Source: Amoebidium appalachense
Lineage: Eukaryota > Protista > Ichthyosporea
Direction: 5' to 3'
Assembly: GCA_963693365.1 (NCBI GenBank)
Contig: CAVNZM010000009.1
Location: forward strand, 3,914,646-3,978,645
DNA length: 64,000 bases
Position 1 is the first letter of the stretch, and every line of letters begins with the position of its first letter. Below, in pieces: positions 1 to 14,980 of this stretch. The position numbers and the translations under genes are program-made. Below the pieces are notes generated by a model that saw only the letters and a list, made by a program, of their open reading frames with translations, had not been told where the DNA came from and did no database searches.

Positions 1-503
1 TTGTGAAGAAAAAAAGAGGACGGGTAGCAGCTGCGCAAAGGAGGAGAGGGAGCCCGCGGAAGGGGGGGAAGGGGACCGGAGAAGGGAGGGGGGAGGAGGA
101 AGAGGAGGGGAAGGAGGGGGGGGAAGGGGGGTGGGGGAGGGGAGGGGGGAGGGGGAGGGGAGGGGGAGGGGGGGGGAGGGGAATTCGAGTTCATAGTGTG
201 CTTCTGACCAGGGGTGTATGCATGTCTATGTGCACTTGTGCGCTGGAGTTTCTGTCGGGAGTTTCAGGGAACTATGAGAAAAAAGGGTGTGAAGTTGGGG
301 AAGGAAAACCCATTGGCCGCCTCATAGCATCCCTCCCCCCCCCCCCCCCCCCCCCCCCCCCTCCCCCCCCCACTAAACCTGAACATGTACCAACACACAC
401 TCCATCGCCACCACTACCACCCCATACACACATATAGAAATGTGTGTGCACGCTTGCGAGCGCATACACACACGCACACACCCAAACCCACACACACACA
501 CAC

Positions 504-540
<37 letters not shown>

Positions 541-589
541 CTCCCCCTCCACACACACACACACTCCCCCCCCCTGCCCCCTCCCCCCC

Positions 590-635
<46 letters not shown>

Positions 636-791
636 TACACACACACACACACCACCACACACACAGCCACACACATACTCCCCCCTCCCCCCCCGTCTCC
701 CTCCCCTCCCCCCCCCCCCCCCCCCCCCCTCCTCCCTCCCTCCCTCCCCCCCCCCCCCCCCCCCCCCCCACACACCCACACACCCACACAC

Positions 792-1847
792 CTGCACCAG
801 CATCAACCCCAATCCAACCACAGTCTCCGTCAATCCAACAGAGGGCGTGCCACAGCTGTTTCGAGGACACAAAAGAGAAAACACCGCGATAGGCCCCAAC
901 GAGAAATTCACCCCTTGAGATTGTAGGATAATTTCTGCAGGAATACTGCATTACTAGGTGTTTATTATATTAATAAGTCTTTTTGCTTGGCGGACATCAT
1001 TAATAAGTTTTTTGCTTGGTGGAAACATACAAGACTACTAAAGAAAGTAAAGAACTGTAAGAACAAACGGTAAAGAATGCGCCTCTTTTGGTGACAGAGA
1101 TACGGGGTGAGGTGGGGGGTGGGAGAAGGGAGGAGGAGGAGGAGGAGGAGGGGGGGGGGGGGGGGATGACGTATGCGTGACGAAAGAGGGGAGGCGGGAA
1201 GGAGACAGACAGGAAGAGGGTGGCGGGGGGGGGGGGGGGGGGGGGTGAGGAGAGAGAAAGAGAGAAATACACACGTGGTAAAAGGCACAGGACAAGGGAA
1301 TAAAGGGGAGCCTGTGGGAAAAAAACGGTATCCCCTGCAAAAGTTGACATCTGGCACCAAAGTAGAAGGAGAAAGAAGCAGTATTTGAACGTGTGCAGGT
1401 GTATTTTGTTTCCGCGTCGTCGGTGTGTTTGTGATGCAGGTGTGTGTGTGCATAAACTCTAGTTTACACGGGCAAAGGTGGAGGAGCGGAGGGAAAGGGG
1501 GGGGGGGGGGGGGGGGGGGGGGGAGTGGTGGGAGGGGAAGGGGGGGAGGGGAGGGGGGGGGGGGGGGGGAGGATGCATGCATTAGAGGGTCAGAACAAGG
1601 AAGACAGAGTGGGAAAACAAGGTGGGCAGAGTATGAAAAGACACGTAGAAAAAAGAAAACGTGTGTGGTGGGATATCAAACCCAAAGAACGGGGGGAAGA
1701 ATGAGTTGGGGGGAAGGGGCGGGACGGGCAGGCGGGCGGGGGGGAAGGGGGGGGGGGGGGGGGGGGAGGCTGTAAGATAGTGTTACCAGTATGAAGTGCA
1801 TATGTACGACGGACAACACAAAGCAGGTAATGCAAAAAAAAAAAAAA

Positions 1848-1915
<68 letters not shown>

Positions 1916-4112
1916 AGAAGTAACAAGAGCAAGCAAAAGTATATGCATAACAAAGTAGTGCCGTTCCGAGCTCGAGTGTGACGACTGCATGGTCAAGCGC
2001 TGGGCCTGTGACCCCAGCGTGTACGGCCACCGTAACTGCACGCTCATATCCGACCCAACCTCCACGAGTTCAAACCGTATGCGCAACGGGTGCTTCCCCG
2101 ACGACGGTTTCTACTATTTCGGCCACAACATGTACGATGAGATGCCCGATGGAATGAGGTTTCTGGGCTACTCAGTCTTGGGCTAACCAGTGTGGGTGAC
2201 TGGGCTGCGGCTACTGCGGAGATGTCAAGGACGGGACCCCTTCGTGCCAAGAAAAGTACCGCAAGACGCCGTCTACTAGTGGAGAGAGAGTGCTGGGGTC
2301 ATGTAACGTTATGTATGATACGTCCAAGGTGGTGATTACTGCACGTTGGACCTCAATGAGCGGCGAGTGTTGGAGAGCAAAGCCTATTACATGCTGGAAT
2401 TCCCCTTTTTGGACCCAGGTGTGGAGGGTATAGAATCCATTACAGCGTACAATCACATGCTTAAGATAGCTGGAACCATGCAATTGTGGTGATCGATCTC
2501 TGGGCCAAACTCATATAAGAAACAGGGTTACATGGAGAGTGAAAAGGTACCAGGGATATGCGCTAGAGCTATGATTTTTGCATCGTGATTATGAAAATAG
2601 TGTTTTTTTTCAAACGCTCAGTCCCAAAAAATTATAACTCAATTGGTTCAGCGTCAGCGACCAAAAAACAACTGCGCCAAATCTGGTACGTTTTACATAG
2701 TACTAAAACGTACCAAATTTGGTCATTTCGTTTTTTGGTCGCTGACGCTGAACCAATTGAGTTATAATATTTTGGGACTGTGCGTTTGAAGAAAACACTA
2801 TTTTCATAATTACGATGCAAAAAATATAGCTCTAGCGCATATCCCTGGTACCTTTTCACTCTCGATGTAACCCTGTTTCTCATATGAGTTTGGCCCGGAA
2901 ATGGATCGCGCAATCCCATGGTTCCAGCTACCTTAAGACGGACAAGACATTGCGTGATTTGCATCAAAATCCCACACAAAGAATGTGTGTCAGAAATTGT
3001 GCCCATTTTCAGCTGAGGGGTGTGAAGAGGGGTTGGGGGGGGGTGGGGGGTGGGGAGGGGGGAGGTATATTCATGCTACAGTATACGAAGTACATATTCC
3101 CCACGAACGACACGATACCAGTTTCTTTCTTTTCTTTTTTTTTTTTTTTTTGGGGGGGGGGGGGGGGGAAGGGGGGAGGGGGGGGGAGGGGGAGGGAGAG
3201 AGGGGAGGGGGAGGGGAGGCGAAAGAGGGGGGGGGGGGGGGGGGGAGGAAGGGGGAGGGGAGGGGAGGGGGAGGGGAGGGGGGAGGGGGGAAGGGGGGGG
3301 GGGTATATGGCATACCAAGCAAGAGCACGATGTTGAATGTGGCCCCAATGACGTAGAAGTGAAGAAACCATCTCTTGGGCAGGTTTGTCATGCGCACGTG
3401 CCACGGTACATGCTGATCACTGAGGGGGCGGGAGGGAGGGAGGGGGGAGAGGAGGGGGGGGAGGGGGGGAGGGGGGCAGGAGGAGGGGGGGGGAGGGGGG
3501 AGTTACCGAATAGAAGATTGGTTAATAGTTGAATTGAAGAAGGGTTAGAAAATGGGCTGAGAGTTGAATTCAGGAAGCGTAGGAGTGTAGGTATAAAACG
3601 TATAGCCTTGTGGACCGAGAGAAAATAGAGGGGGGGAAAGGCGAGGGGGGGGGGGGGGGGGAGATGGGGAGGAGGAGGGGGGGGGGGGGGAAGAGACCAA
3701 CGATTGGTGAATTTTTGCATACAGTACAGTCGGATGGTTGTCTTGTGTGCCTACACACGTGTGTGCATGTGTGTCTGGTTGAAGAAGCACACAAAGGTCT
3801 AGCGATAATCCCTGCCCTCCCTTGCTCTCTGCTCAGCACCATGCCGAAGTGGACACCCCTTCCCCCCCTCCCCTTCCCCTCCCTCCCCCCTCCCCCCCCT
3901 CCCCTCCCCCCTCCCCCTCCCCCCTCCCCCCCCCCCCCCTCCCCCCCCCCACCCCGCCCCGCGGGCCGGGCCCCCAATATTAAAACACACCTACCCACCT
4001 CACAACCACAATCACTCTTACCGTGAGACACACACCACCACCAGCAGCAATGATGCTACCACAACCACAGCCAACATCATCACGCAAACACACCTTTTTT
4101 TTGGGGGGGGAA

Positions 4113-4153
<41 letters not shown>

Positions 4154-4471
4154 TACTAAAAGAGCCAACCATGCCGGTATGACACACACGCAGCAAAAGC
4201 TATTATGCCAGTGCAATTATTGTCCACAACTCATCCCCCCGGGGCCAAAATCAGTAAGCCCCTATGCAGCACATCCCGATGTTTCAAACTTTCACACAGT
4301 TTATCAAAACAGTGTGCAGGCCGGCTCCAACCACCATGTCTACAGCCATAAGTTTATATCTCGGCTGGTGTCTATCTCTAACCTTGGATGCCAGTGCTTT
4401 GTCTTGCCCCATGCAGCCACATCCTTCAATGCGTCAACATTCACCAGTCTATCAATGAGATATGTCAGCAT
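792..4471 (-). CDS. SRD5A3: Polyprenol reductase (steroid 5-alpha-reductase 3 / DFG10 family), partial; continues beyond window start
   Basis: Phase-compatible GT-AG exons 4471-4383, 3419-3316 and 934-792 splice to ...[51 protein letters not shown]...[10 protein letters not shown]. This matches the (Y/W)GKT and PKxxFxHFY motifs and the TM segment ending LMLVQ of SRD5A3/DFG10. True start codon uncertain. Confidence 0.7.
1960..2420 (+). pseudogene. Degenerate Cys-rich coding fragment inside the SRD5A3-like intron, opposite strand
   Basis: Coding-like composition ([17 protein letters not shown]...; then [17 protein letters not shown] in another frame) broken by stops and frameshifts. No family recognised. 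Confidence 0.25.
2465..2932. mobile_element. 468-bp palindromic (foldback) MITE with TTAA target duplication, Kolobok-like termini
   Basis: TTAA at 2461-2464 and 2933-2936. Ends are GATAGCTGGAACCATG...CATGGTTCCAGCTACC. The two halves are near-perfect reverse complements around a centre at ~2700. TTAA plus RR...YY ends fits Kolobok rather than piggyBac (CC...GG). Confidence 0.85.
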
Positions 4472-4695
4472 GAAAATTCCGTTTTTTTGTATGACTTTGT
4501 CGAGTTACTCATGAAATTTCCGCTACCCTCTCCCCCCCCCCCCCCCCTCCCCACCCTCTCCCTCCCCCTCCAACCTTCCCCCCGCCTCCTTCCCCTACCC
4601 ATTCTATTCTCTCTATTCCTGCACGACCCCGGCCCCTTCCCAGACACATACACATCTCTATCCACACCATGCACCCATAGCCACACATGTACAAG

Positions 4696-4727
<32 letters not shown>

Positions 4728-5331
4728 GCCCGCACACACACACACACACATAAAAAAGAGACCCCCCCCCCCCCCCCTTCTCCTCTACCGCACCCCCTGC
4801 TTCACCCCACTCAAAAACCTCCTTCCAATCCCAACCGCTTTCCACTGCCTTTCTCGTCCCCTCCCTTCCCCCTCCTTCCCTCCCCCCATCCCTCACCCTC
4901 ATCCCACCCCCTCCCCTTTGCCCCACAGACCCCCTCCACACCTTGGCCCCCCCCCCCCCCTCCCCCCCCCCCCCCCCCCCCCCCGCCCCCTCACAAGCTC
5001 TCTTCCTGCAGGCATTCTCCTCAATGGTTTCAATATTTCCAACACACAACACCTTATGAACTGCTAACATATCTCTTCTTTCCTCCCATCCCAGCCCAGT
5101 ATCCTCCCTTCCCCCCCTTCACATGCACCTCGGCACAAACAAAGTACGAAGGAAAACGACATCCGGCCGCAAGGGCGCCTCAACACAGAAAATGAAACCC
5201 AAGCACAAAAGCAGGACACGGTGCACAAGTTATAACGTAAAGCCCTGTACACAAAGGCATACTTAGATGTTGCCAAAACAGCCACATAAAAAGTGCAAGT
5301 TCAAAAGGGAAAAGGAAGGAGAAGGGCAATT

Positions 5332-5363
<32 letters not shown>

Positions 5364-5382
5364 TTTTCTTTCTTTTTTTTTT

Positions 5383-5434
<52 letters not shown>

Positions 5435-5568
5435 GCAAGACCTCCGTTACGCGCCCCCACTTCCCCCTCCCCCCACCTTCCCACTACCTTCTTTCCTACC
5501 TTCCCCATTCCCCCCCCCCTCCCCCTTCCCTCCCTTTCCCGCACATAACATCTTACTCGCAAACATGT

Positions 5569-5738
<170 letters not shown>

Positions 5739-7537
5739 CTTTTCAACCTTGACATTTTACAGCAGGCAGATTTAAGTTGTGGGTCACGCATCTACCTGTA
5801 GTGAAGGGTTATCTCGACCAGAAGAAGAAATATCGATGCAGCGGCCCAAAACAAACGCAGTGTCCAGCATAAACCGGGGTACCAGTCTGGGATAAGATCC
5901 GTGTACTCGAGAGCACCCATTTTCAGAGTGGATGCAGTAGACCTGGACTATGTTTAGTGTTCTGTATGCGCTAAAGCCAGTGTCTAGCTTTATACCTGTA
6001 TGTTTGGGAAAGGGCATGAACCGTGCAGAGAGCAAAGATTTGGAAGCGGGGGTGGCTTCAAGCAACCTTTGGGGTGGGTAAAAACATGAATGTTAGATTG
6101 AGGGTAGTGTGTGAACTTGTCACAAACAATGGCCAGGTAGCTCAGGATGCAGACTAAATAAGTTGTGTGAAGAGGAAGCCGGCCGCTTTATCCCATTAAT
6201 TTAGATTTGAAGGGCCGTTTATGGTTTGACCTAGCATGTAGCAGGATCTAGGAGGCCGGGAACAGATTAACTGCCTTCTGAGGTAGCTATTGTTTTCTCG
6301 CAACGAAAAAACGAAGAAAGCATAGGTCAATCAGAATCGAGCCGAGTCAAATGAATAGGAAGACAGCGTTGAGCTAGAGGGCACAAGTCAGGATGTGCCT
6401 GAAAACAGCCATGAAGAACATTTATACAAATTCAGCCTGTTCACAAGGTCACGGTATCATATAAACTTCACACAGAGCTCCGGGCGACAGTGATCTGAGG
6501 CTCAGTCACGGTGTCCTCAGTCAGACTCTGTTGTCCACAAAAACTGAACTCGTTTGCACCTACTTTTTGCAAAGTGTGCGCCTATCTTTAAGCCAATCGA
6601 ACCTAATTTTATAGCTTATACTATTGGTTGAGGCTTCCCTCCAAAGAGGCATGTAAATATGGCCCGGGTACCATATCAGGAGCGGGCAATTTTTGAATTC
6701 TCCCTCCCCGGCCCCGCCGGGGAAAATTTGAGGTTTTTGGACCTCAAAGAAGTCAAATCCTGCAAAATCCACTACCGGGAGGCCAAAAAGGGTGATTTTA
6801 CAAAAAAGGAGGGACATACATGAAAAAGAGAAAATGGGCGAGTTCAGTGGGCTGCCGATAAGTATATTTCGTGCTGGGCCGGTATACATGCTGCCGTGGT
6901 TGTTGCTGTAGACGGCAGTATGGCATCGCATGTGTCACGTGACCTGCACGTGAATGCGACCATGTGCAGGCACTGAGTCTAGGGGGATTTGTATGTGTGT
7001 TTTGGAGCACCGACAAGGCAGAGCCAGGGTGAGGGATGTGTAAACATGGAGTTTAGGGAGATCGTGCTGCTATTGTAACATGTGCACAAAACAGCCACGT
7101 GCACCGGCACACTCCGGTGTACAGAACAATAATATGCACATGCGTCACTGTAATATCATGTATGCGCATGCCGCACAAGGTTTAGGAGACCACCACAGTA
7201 TATACTATTTTCTTTTGGTTGATATCCATGTAGGAATGGTGTGTTGCAGTTGTCATGATCAGCCTGAGGCAGGCACGTGCACTCACTGAATCACTAGAAC
7301 TCATGAATAAAAAATACATTCGCTAAAAACGGCAAGGTAAATTTGGGGCCAAGCTATTATTTCCCCCTTTTAAACGTTTTTTTAGCTCCAAGAACTTCGA
7401 CGCCAAAATTTCTATATTTGGCCATCGTATATGATAATGAACACGTGTACTTAAATTAAAGTAGTTATATAAATATGAGCGGCCCGTTACAAATACAGTG
7501 ACGAAAAACAGTGACCCACGAGCAGTTTTTCTTTCTA

Positions 7538-7605
<68 letters not shown>

Positions 7606-8936
7606 ACACACACACCAGACACACACACCACCACCACGGTGACCACCACCACCACCACCACCACCACTCACCCCTTAAAAAAACCACACACATACGTGCA
7701 CGTGTACACACACACACAGAACACCACCACCACCTCCACTGGACCCCATTTCCTCGTTGTTTTCTTAAGCCTTCAGACCAGTCCTGCACACTGGAGTTAA
7801 ACAATTGAATTCACCTAGGCTGACATGCATCCACCCCCGCCTTCCACCTTCCCCTCCCCCCACCCCCCTCCCCCCACCCCCCCCCACCCCCACCCCCTCC
7901 CCCTCGATGAAGAAGGGCCCCCGTAAGCCTTGGGGGGGGGGGGGGGGGGGGGGAAGGGGAAGGGGGGAGCTCTTGAGCCTCCGGGTAGGGAAGTGGGGTC
8001 CGGGGATCCGGAGAGGAGGGGGGGGGGGGGGGGAAGGGGGCATATAATATTGGGCCTAGATATCATAGTATGGGGCCCCGGGGGAGGGAGAGGTGGGGGG
8101 GGAGGGGGGAGGATCCACGGGAAAGACCTTTAGGTGCATGTTCTTATTTATACCCCCTTCGAATCATCCCCCCTCCTCCCCCCCCCCCCTCCCCCCCCCC
8201 CCTGAGTGCAGGCCGTGACGTAGCTACGATAACCCTGCAGAAGGCAACAAAAATGTATTAATTACTAGCACTATACATGTGTTCATAGTGCAGCTTGCAC
8301 CACGTATGATCTCAGCAACTTTAAAGTAGTCACAAAGTTTAGTTATTTTCATTATTTTCATTGCTCTGAACTCTATTACTCTGAAATGATCACCGTGCAT
8401 GTGCCGCAAGATAACAACCCTATATGTGTGCAGCTGCTGCCTGCAGGTTAGACTCGCTGAAAAGACAATTGTCAGTGTGCATCCGACGCTTGCAGCTGCA
8501 GCTAGCCTCTGCAACATTAATACTTGCCAAGTGAATGCTCTTACACTTGATCATCATTCACTCAAAAAACCGAGGACCGACAGATTAAATATTAATGTCG
8601 ATCCGAATGATCAGCAAGTGTCTATGCGTACTACTATATATACACACACGTAAAATGCGAAGCTATCAGTTACAAGGCACACCTGCTGCACTGGCACACA
8701 TACACATACACACCGGCAGATCGATGCTGTCAAAATTTACTTTCATGTACTTCGTAGGTCCGACACAGGTGCACATGAACACGTACATATGTACAAGCCG
8801 CGCACACACCACACCACACATACACACACACACACACACACTCACACACACACACGCACACACGCACACACGCACACACGCACACACGCACGCACGCACG
8901 CACACACACACACACACACACGCACGCACGCGCGCG

Positions 8937-9006
<70 letters not shown>

Positions 9007-9332
9007 GACACACACACACACACACACATCACTGGGTGCGCTCGCTGGGGATTAGTTTTTTGGCACGCTGTTGACTTTATCGTGTGTTTATTATTTGCTA
9101 TTTATTGGCCAGCGGCCAACATTTAAAAATATACTATATACCTAAAAATAGATACTGACTACGGCCAGCAGACATTATACACCTTCCAGGACACATTAAC
9201 ACCAATAGTCTAACACACCATACTCTCGATCACAAAGAATTCCTAACAAACAGAGAAAAGTGCAAAGGCTCTGTACTATTACTCAGATTCTAAATTTTAA
9301 TTCTTTACAGTAAACTTCGGAATGAAAGCTAG

Positions 9333-9367
<35 letters not shown>

Positions 9368-9452
9368 CCCTAACATGACTGTACGAAGAACAGGTATAAC
9401 TTGAAGCACTACAACACATATGAGATCCGTTACATTGGTGTACATTCCAATA

Positions 9453-11121
9453 TTAGACACTAGTTTGGCTACTCTGACTACTCTGAGATCCTGATTGGCT
9501 GCCTGCAGACTTGCGGCCACGATTACTTTGCTTTCGATCGTGCCATTGCAGCTGCGTCTCTCCAGCAGGTGGCAACGCCAGGCCCAGCACAGCAGATGCA
9601 CGAGAAGGGGGTGGGAACTGCCCACCAGCCGAGGGCTGGCCCACATGGCCCAAGTAAGGATGGGGACCGTGCTGCGGCAGTAGCCCAGGCATGGGGAAGG
9701 CAGGGCCGGGCTGAGGCGGCATGATGCCCCACGGTGGGGGCCAGCCATGTGGGTGGTGCGGGCCTGGATGGGGTGCAGGGGGCATGTGCGGCACATGGCC
9801 CTGCTGCATGTCAAGCGCGGGTGCTGGTGGCATGGCATCCTGATTGGCTGCAACCCAACGTGGGCAGCTCTTGGCCCGATTGGAGCCGGGGCAGCCCTTG
9901 CCCTGGCGGCCACACGTCTTGCAGGTCTTGGGGGCTCTCTGGGGTGGCTGCATAGGAGGGGGCACCGGCAAATCCATCTGCAGGGGCCCCTCAGGGCCAA
10001 TGTTGCGATGCTTTTTGCCCACTAGCATGGGCAAGGGCCGCTCACGCTGCGCCCCTGCATCGACACCGTCTGGAACAGGGAGGGGTGGCAAGGGGGCAGG
10101 CCGTATGGTTGCTGGCACAGCGTCTGCCCTCTCCTCGCGCATACGCTTGCGGTGATCTGCCAGGCCCTCGTGTGTGGAGCGCTGTGCATGTGCCGTCTGC
10201 CAGGTCTTCCACTTGTCGAAATGCTTCTTGATGTAGGCCGCATCCTTCATGTAGATTCCCCCAGCCACAGAGGCAGCCTTGTTGAAGTCTTGGGCCAAAG
10301 CCTCGAACAGCTGGCCGTTGGGCTTTGCATGTGCCTTGTAGGTGCCCAGGAGCAGCGTGCTGAATAGCTTGCGCTCCTGAGGGGTAAGCACCGGAAGGAA
10401 GGGGATGGCCACATGTTGCTTCTGCGCCAGGAACTTGTAGTCGCCCCTCAGTGCAGGGTCCGGCTGTGGTGCACCACGCGCCACCTGGTTGCCCCCCCCC
10501 ATGGCAGCACCGTCACCCTCCTCGACCTCACAGTCCTCTGGCCCGCCCATCACGCCATTGGCTGCAGGCTCGATGTTATCAGACGGAGGTGGGGGTGCGG
10601 GCACCGCAACTGGCTCCTGCGCCGGGGCATTGGCCACACAGGAGAGCGGGGCAAAGTTGAAGTACTCCTCCGGTAGCTTGTAGCAGCCTACGGGTACCCA
10701 CTGGGGGTCGAGGTGATGGCCGTACAGCATCAGCGCCAGTGCCTCCATGTCGTCAACAATCCAGGGGCTGTAGTGGGGGGGCCCCGATGCCTGGCCCAGG
10801 CGGTTGCGGTAGTGTGCACGCAGGTTGTGGCGGTGGCGCCTATTGGACATGGTGGCGTCCAGCAGGCGCAGCGACATGCGTGTGGCCCCAAAGTGGGTGG
10901 CCAGGGGGTTGTGCACTGCCCCCTCCACCTCGTTGGTGCCCCGGATGCAGCGGTAGCGCATGAGCCCATCTGCGTCGGCAGTGGTCTCGTAGTAGAGGGG
11001 CAGGCCGGGGGGGTCCGACAGACAGCCATTTTGGGCGTGTTCGAGCAGCGACTGTGGGGGCACAAGCAAACATCAGAGAGATGGGTGGGTGGTGGTGGTG
11101 GTAGTGTGTGTGTATGTGTGT

Positions 11122-11152
<31 letters not shown>

Positions 11153-11233
11153 GGGGGGGGATGGGGTTGCTAAGGAAAAAAACGAGCAGGGAAAGGCAAA
11201 AAACAACTGGCTAGGCAGCAAGGGCCGTGCGGG

Positions 11234-11288
<55 letters not shown>

Positions 11289-11862
11289 TGTGTGTGTGTG
11301 TATGTTTGGGGGGGGGGGGGGGGGGGGGGGAGGCTAGGGTGTGCGTGTGTGTGCAGATGAACCAAGGATGACAAATAAGCGAAGAATCTTTTCTGTGGTG
11401 GTGGAGTTGTTGGGCGCCTGCAGGGGGAGGGGGGGGGGGGGGGGATGTTGCCTCGAGTCTTTCAAAGCCATCCTTCTTGAACAGAGGCTTGCCATCCGGT
11501 CCGGGCGGCACATCCTTGTAGGTGTTTTTGAACTCCACCAGCCGCGAGACCAGCGTGTATGGGTCGGGAATAACCCGCCGGATGCGCTCCATGAAGTAGC
11601 TCAGGTCGCCGCCCTTGAGCTCGGTTTCAATGTCGATGCCCTTCTGCTCCAGCACCCCCTGTGAGGCAGGATGCCAATATTAATTTACTACGCACACTGC
11701 AATTTGGGTTTGGTAGACTTTGATACCTGCCGTTATTGTAGGACCCCCTCCCCTCCACCCCCCCCATCTTCTCCCCCAACACAAGTAAAAAATGCATGTG
11801 GCTATTTCCCCCCACAACCCTACATTATTTCTCTCTAGGCATATGAATAACCCCCACTCTCC

Positions 11863-11911
<49 letters not shown>

Positions 11912-12861
11912 TTCCCCCCCCTCTCTCTGAGGCTCAGGCTCTCTCTCTTCCCTCAGAAGTTTTGTCGAAGGTGTGCATGGTTGTGGGTGGAATGGTGAGT
12001 GTGTGCTAACGAGTGTATGTGTGTGTGCGCGTCAGTCACGCATGTTGTTGTTGCCGTTTTTTTTATTTTTATTTTTTATTTTTTATTTTGGGGGGGGGGG
12101 AGGGGGGGGGGGCACCTTCACATGTCCGTAATCCTCTTCATTCCACACAAATATTGCCTCGCTGAGTGCGCGTGCGTACTCAGCCCTGCGGGGGTGTGAC
12201 TTGTACGTGCCGTCCGCCGTGTTTGCAATGGAGTGGAAGGCGTCATTCAGCACAGTCTGCCACACCACCTCCCCAGGCGGTGCCTGGCCCAACATGCCCT
12301 CTCTGGGAGCTGCCTCGGGTCCCCCTGGGGCTGCCTCAAGGCCCCCCGGGGCTGCCTGGGGGTCCTGGGGGGGTGCCTGTGGGCCGGCAAGGGGTTGCTG
12401 CTGCTCGGCAGGGGGAGGACTGGCAGGGGGAGGGGCTGGGTCAGGGACCACCGGCACCTCGGCACCTGGGTCCGGTGGGGGCTGAATGGGCCGTAGCCAC
12501 TGCAGGTGCACCATCAGCTCAAAGGGCGGCGGGCCCAGCTCTCCCAGGGTCTTGCCCTTGTCGGGGCCAAAGGGCACCTGCATGGCCGGCGACAGCACCT
12601 GATCCACCCGCACCACTGCATGCTTCTTGCCCACCTTCATGCCCCCCCAGCGCTCCGGCTGCACAGCCAGCACCACCCCGGTGGCTGCTGCAGCATGTGG
12701 GCCCCGCCGGGGCACAATCTCAACCCCTTCACCGAGTGCCTTTGCATGAAGCCGCGCTGCATGTCATAGAGGGAAGCAAAAAACTCAGCCAAAAAGCCAC
12801 AGCACCAACGTTTTTCTCTTCGCTCCACAAAAATCAAATGCATATTCCTTAGCAACCCCCT

Positions 12862-12896
<35 letters not shown>

Positions 12897-12969
12897 TTCT
12901 CCCTCCCCCCCCCCCCCCTCTCCCAGTGCCCAGCTTGTGTGGCACTTGCACGTGTTAACAGTGCTATAG

Positions 12970-13001
<32 letters not shown>

Positions 13002-13092
13002 ACCACCACCACCACCACCAATCACCCCCTCCTTTGATAGCCACCCGACACCCAGCATAACACAACTGGAACACTGGCCCATGTGGTCAGCC

Positions 13093-13134
<42 letters not shown>

Positions 13135-14641
13135 CCCCCCTCCCCCCCCCTCCCCTCTCCCTCTGGGGGGCCCACAATCTTTCTATATCTGGCATAAGCA
13201 CATAAGCACTGGGGCAAAAAGCAGGTGGGATACACACCTGACAGGTTTGGCCTATCGACCACGGCCGAGTAGACCTGCAGGGACGCATATGCATCAAGGG
13301 CAGCGTAGGTGGCCTGCACCTCTGATAGCGGCTCGTGCCAGTTGGAGCATCGAACAAGTGCCGGCTTGGGCAGCTTCTTGCCTATGACCTGGGCAGTGAT
13401 GTCGGCCAAGCCCCGGGCCGCAGAGGTGATAGCTGCACGGGCATAGCAGAACCGGCCCAGCTCCAGATAGCTGGCCACAGGGGTGCCGTAGTCCTTGTTG
13501 AGGTGGGCCGAGTCCGTGCCGATCTGCTTGCCCACCTTGATGATGCTGGGGTCCCTAAGCAGCGCAATCAGCTCGTCCACCAGCCGCGCGGGCGGGCTGT
13601 GGTTGGGGCCCATGCGTGCCAAGTGGAAGATGTACACGGCCCGTGCGGTGGCAATCTGCAGCGTGCAAACCTTGGACCGCGCCTGGCCCACCCGATAGAC
13701 CCACTCGCAGTCCAGCCCCACCACGCGGTGCTGCTGCCCCTCCAGGTCGGCACGAATGGCCGCTGTAGCCACCACCGCCCCCTGGCAGTCGGTGTACACC
13801 GGCTTAGGGTAGTTGGCCGGCAGCTCCAGCCCAGGCAGACCGTCCGTCACGCTTACCAGCGCAGCCTCGTTCAGACGGACGGGGCATTTTGGCCGGGCTA
13901 GGGTTGGAAACATGCGCTCAACAAACGCCCGGTCTTGGCAGCACCGATCTGTGTAGAAGAAGGCCGGGCCCTTGCTGTTGAGCGCCGCCGTGGTGGCAGA
14001 GATGCGCTGGATCACGGGCTCAATCTCCTGGTGGCTGCAGTCCCGTGTAAATACCTGCGCCCGGATCTCTGGGGTGCCGCACTGTGTGAGAGGGCATCTC
14101 CGAGCGGCCATGCATGTTCTAGCTTCCCTTACCACATGGCCCTTCACGAGACTTCAGTGCCCACACAATCCTTTCCCCCCTCCCTCCCCCCAAACCCATG
14201 TGCCCACATACTTTCCCCTCCCTCTCCCCCAAAACCCTTCCCCCTCCTTCCCCCCAAACCCATGTGCCCACATACTTTCCCCAGGCCTCCCTTTCCCCCA
14301 AAATCTTCCCCCCCCCCCCTCCCCCCTAAACCCATGTACCTACAATCCTTCCCCCTTCCTCCCCCTAAACCCTTGTGATCACAATCCTTTCCCCCTCTCT
14401 GCCTTCCCCCCAAACCCATGTGCCCACGATCCTTCCCCACTCCCCCTCCCCCCAAACCATGGGACAGCCCTCCATATGGCACCTACTGTCCCCCCCCCCC
14501 CCCCCCCCCCCCACCCCACCCCGGGCCTCTTGCCCTCTCTACCTTCAACCCCGACGGTGGTGTCTCCCCCCCCCCCCCCCCCCCCCCCCCTGCATCCCTT
14601 GCAATCACTGGCCCCTACTCCCATTCTGCTTGGCAGAAGCT

Positions 14642-14718
<77 letters not shown>

Positions 14719-14949
14719 ATTCCCCGCCAAAAGAAAGCTCCACCCCAGCCCACCCCAATCTCTACCCAGCAAAAACACATACACACATATCTGGAGCTTC
14801 CTAGTTTTTGCTCGACAGGGCAAGAATTGTCCCCAAAACCCACATACTACAAACCTCTACTCACAGTGTGCCACCTCATTAAATGTGGAGCCTAAGAGAT
14901 TTAAAGGCCCTAGAGGGGGGAGGGGGGGAGGGGGGGGAGGGGGGCGTGT

Positions 14950-14980
<31 letters not shown>

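Noticed and set aside
5760-6640. Complex-looking sequence that might be coding
   Set aside because: I found no convincing reading frame or recognisable motif on either strand.
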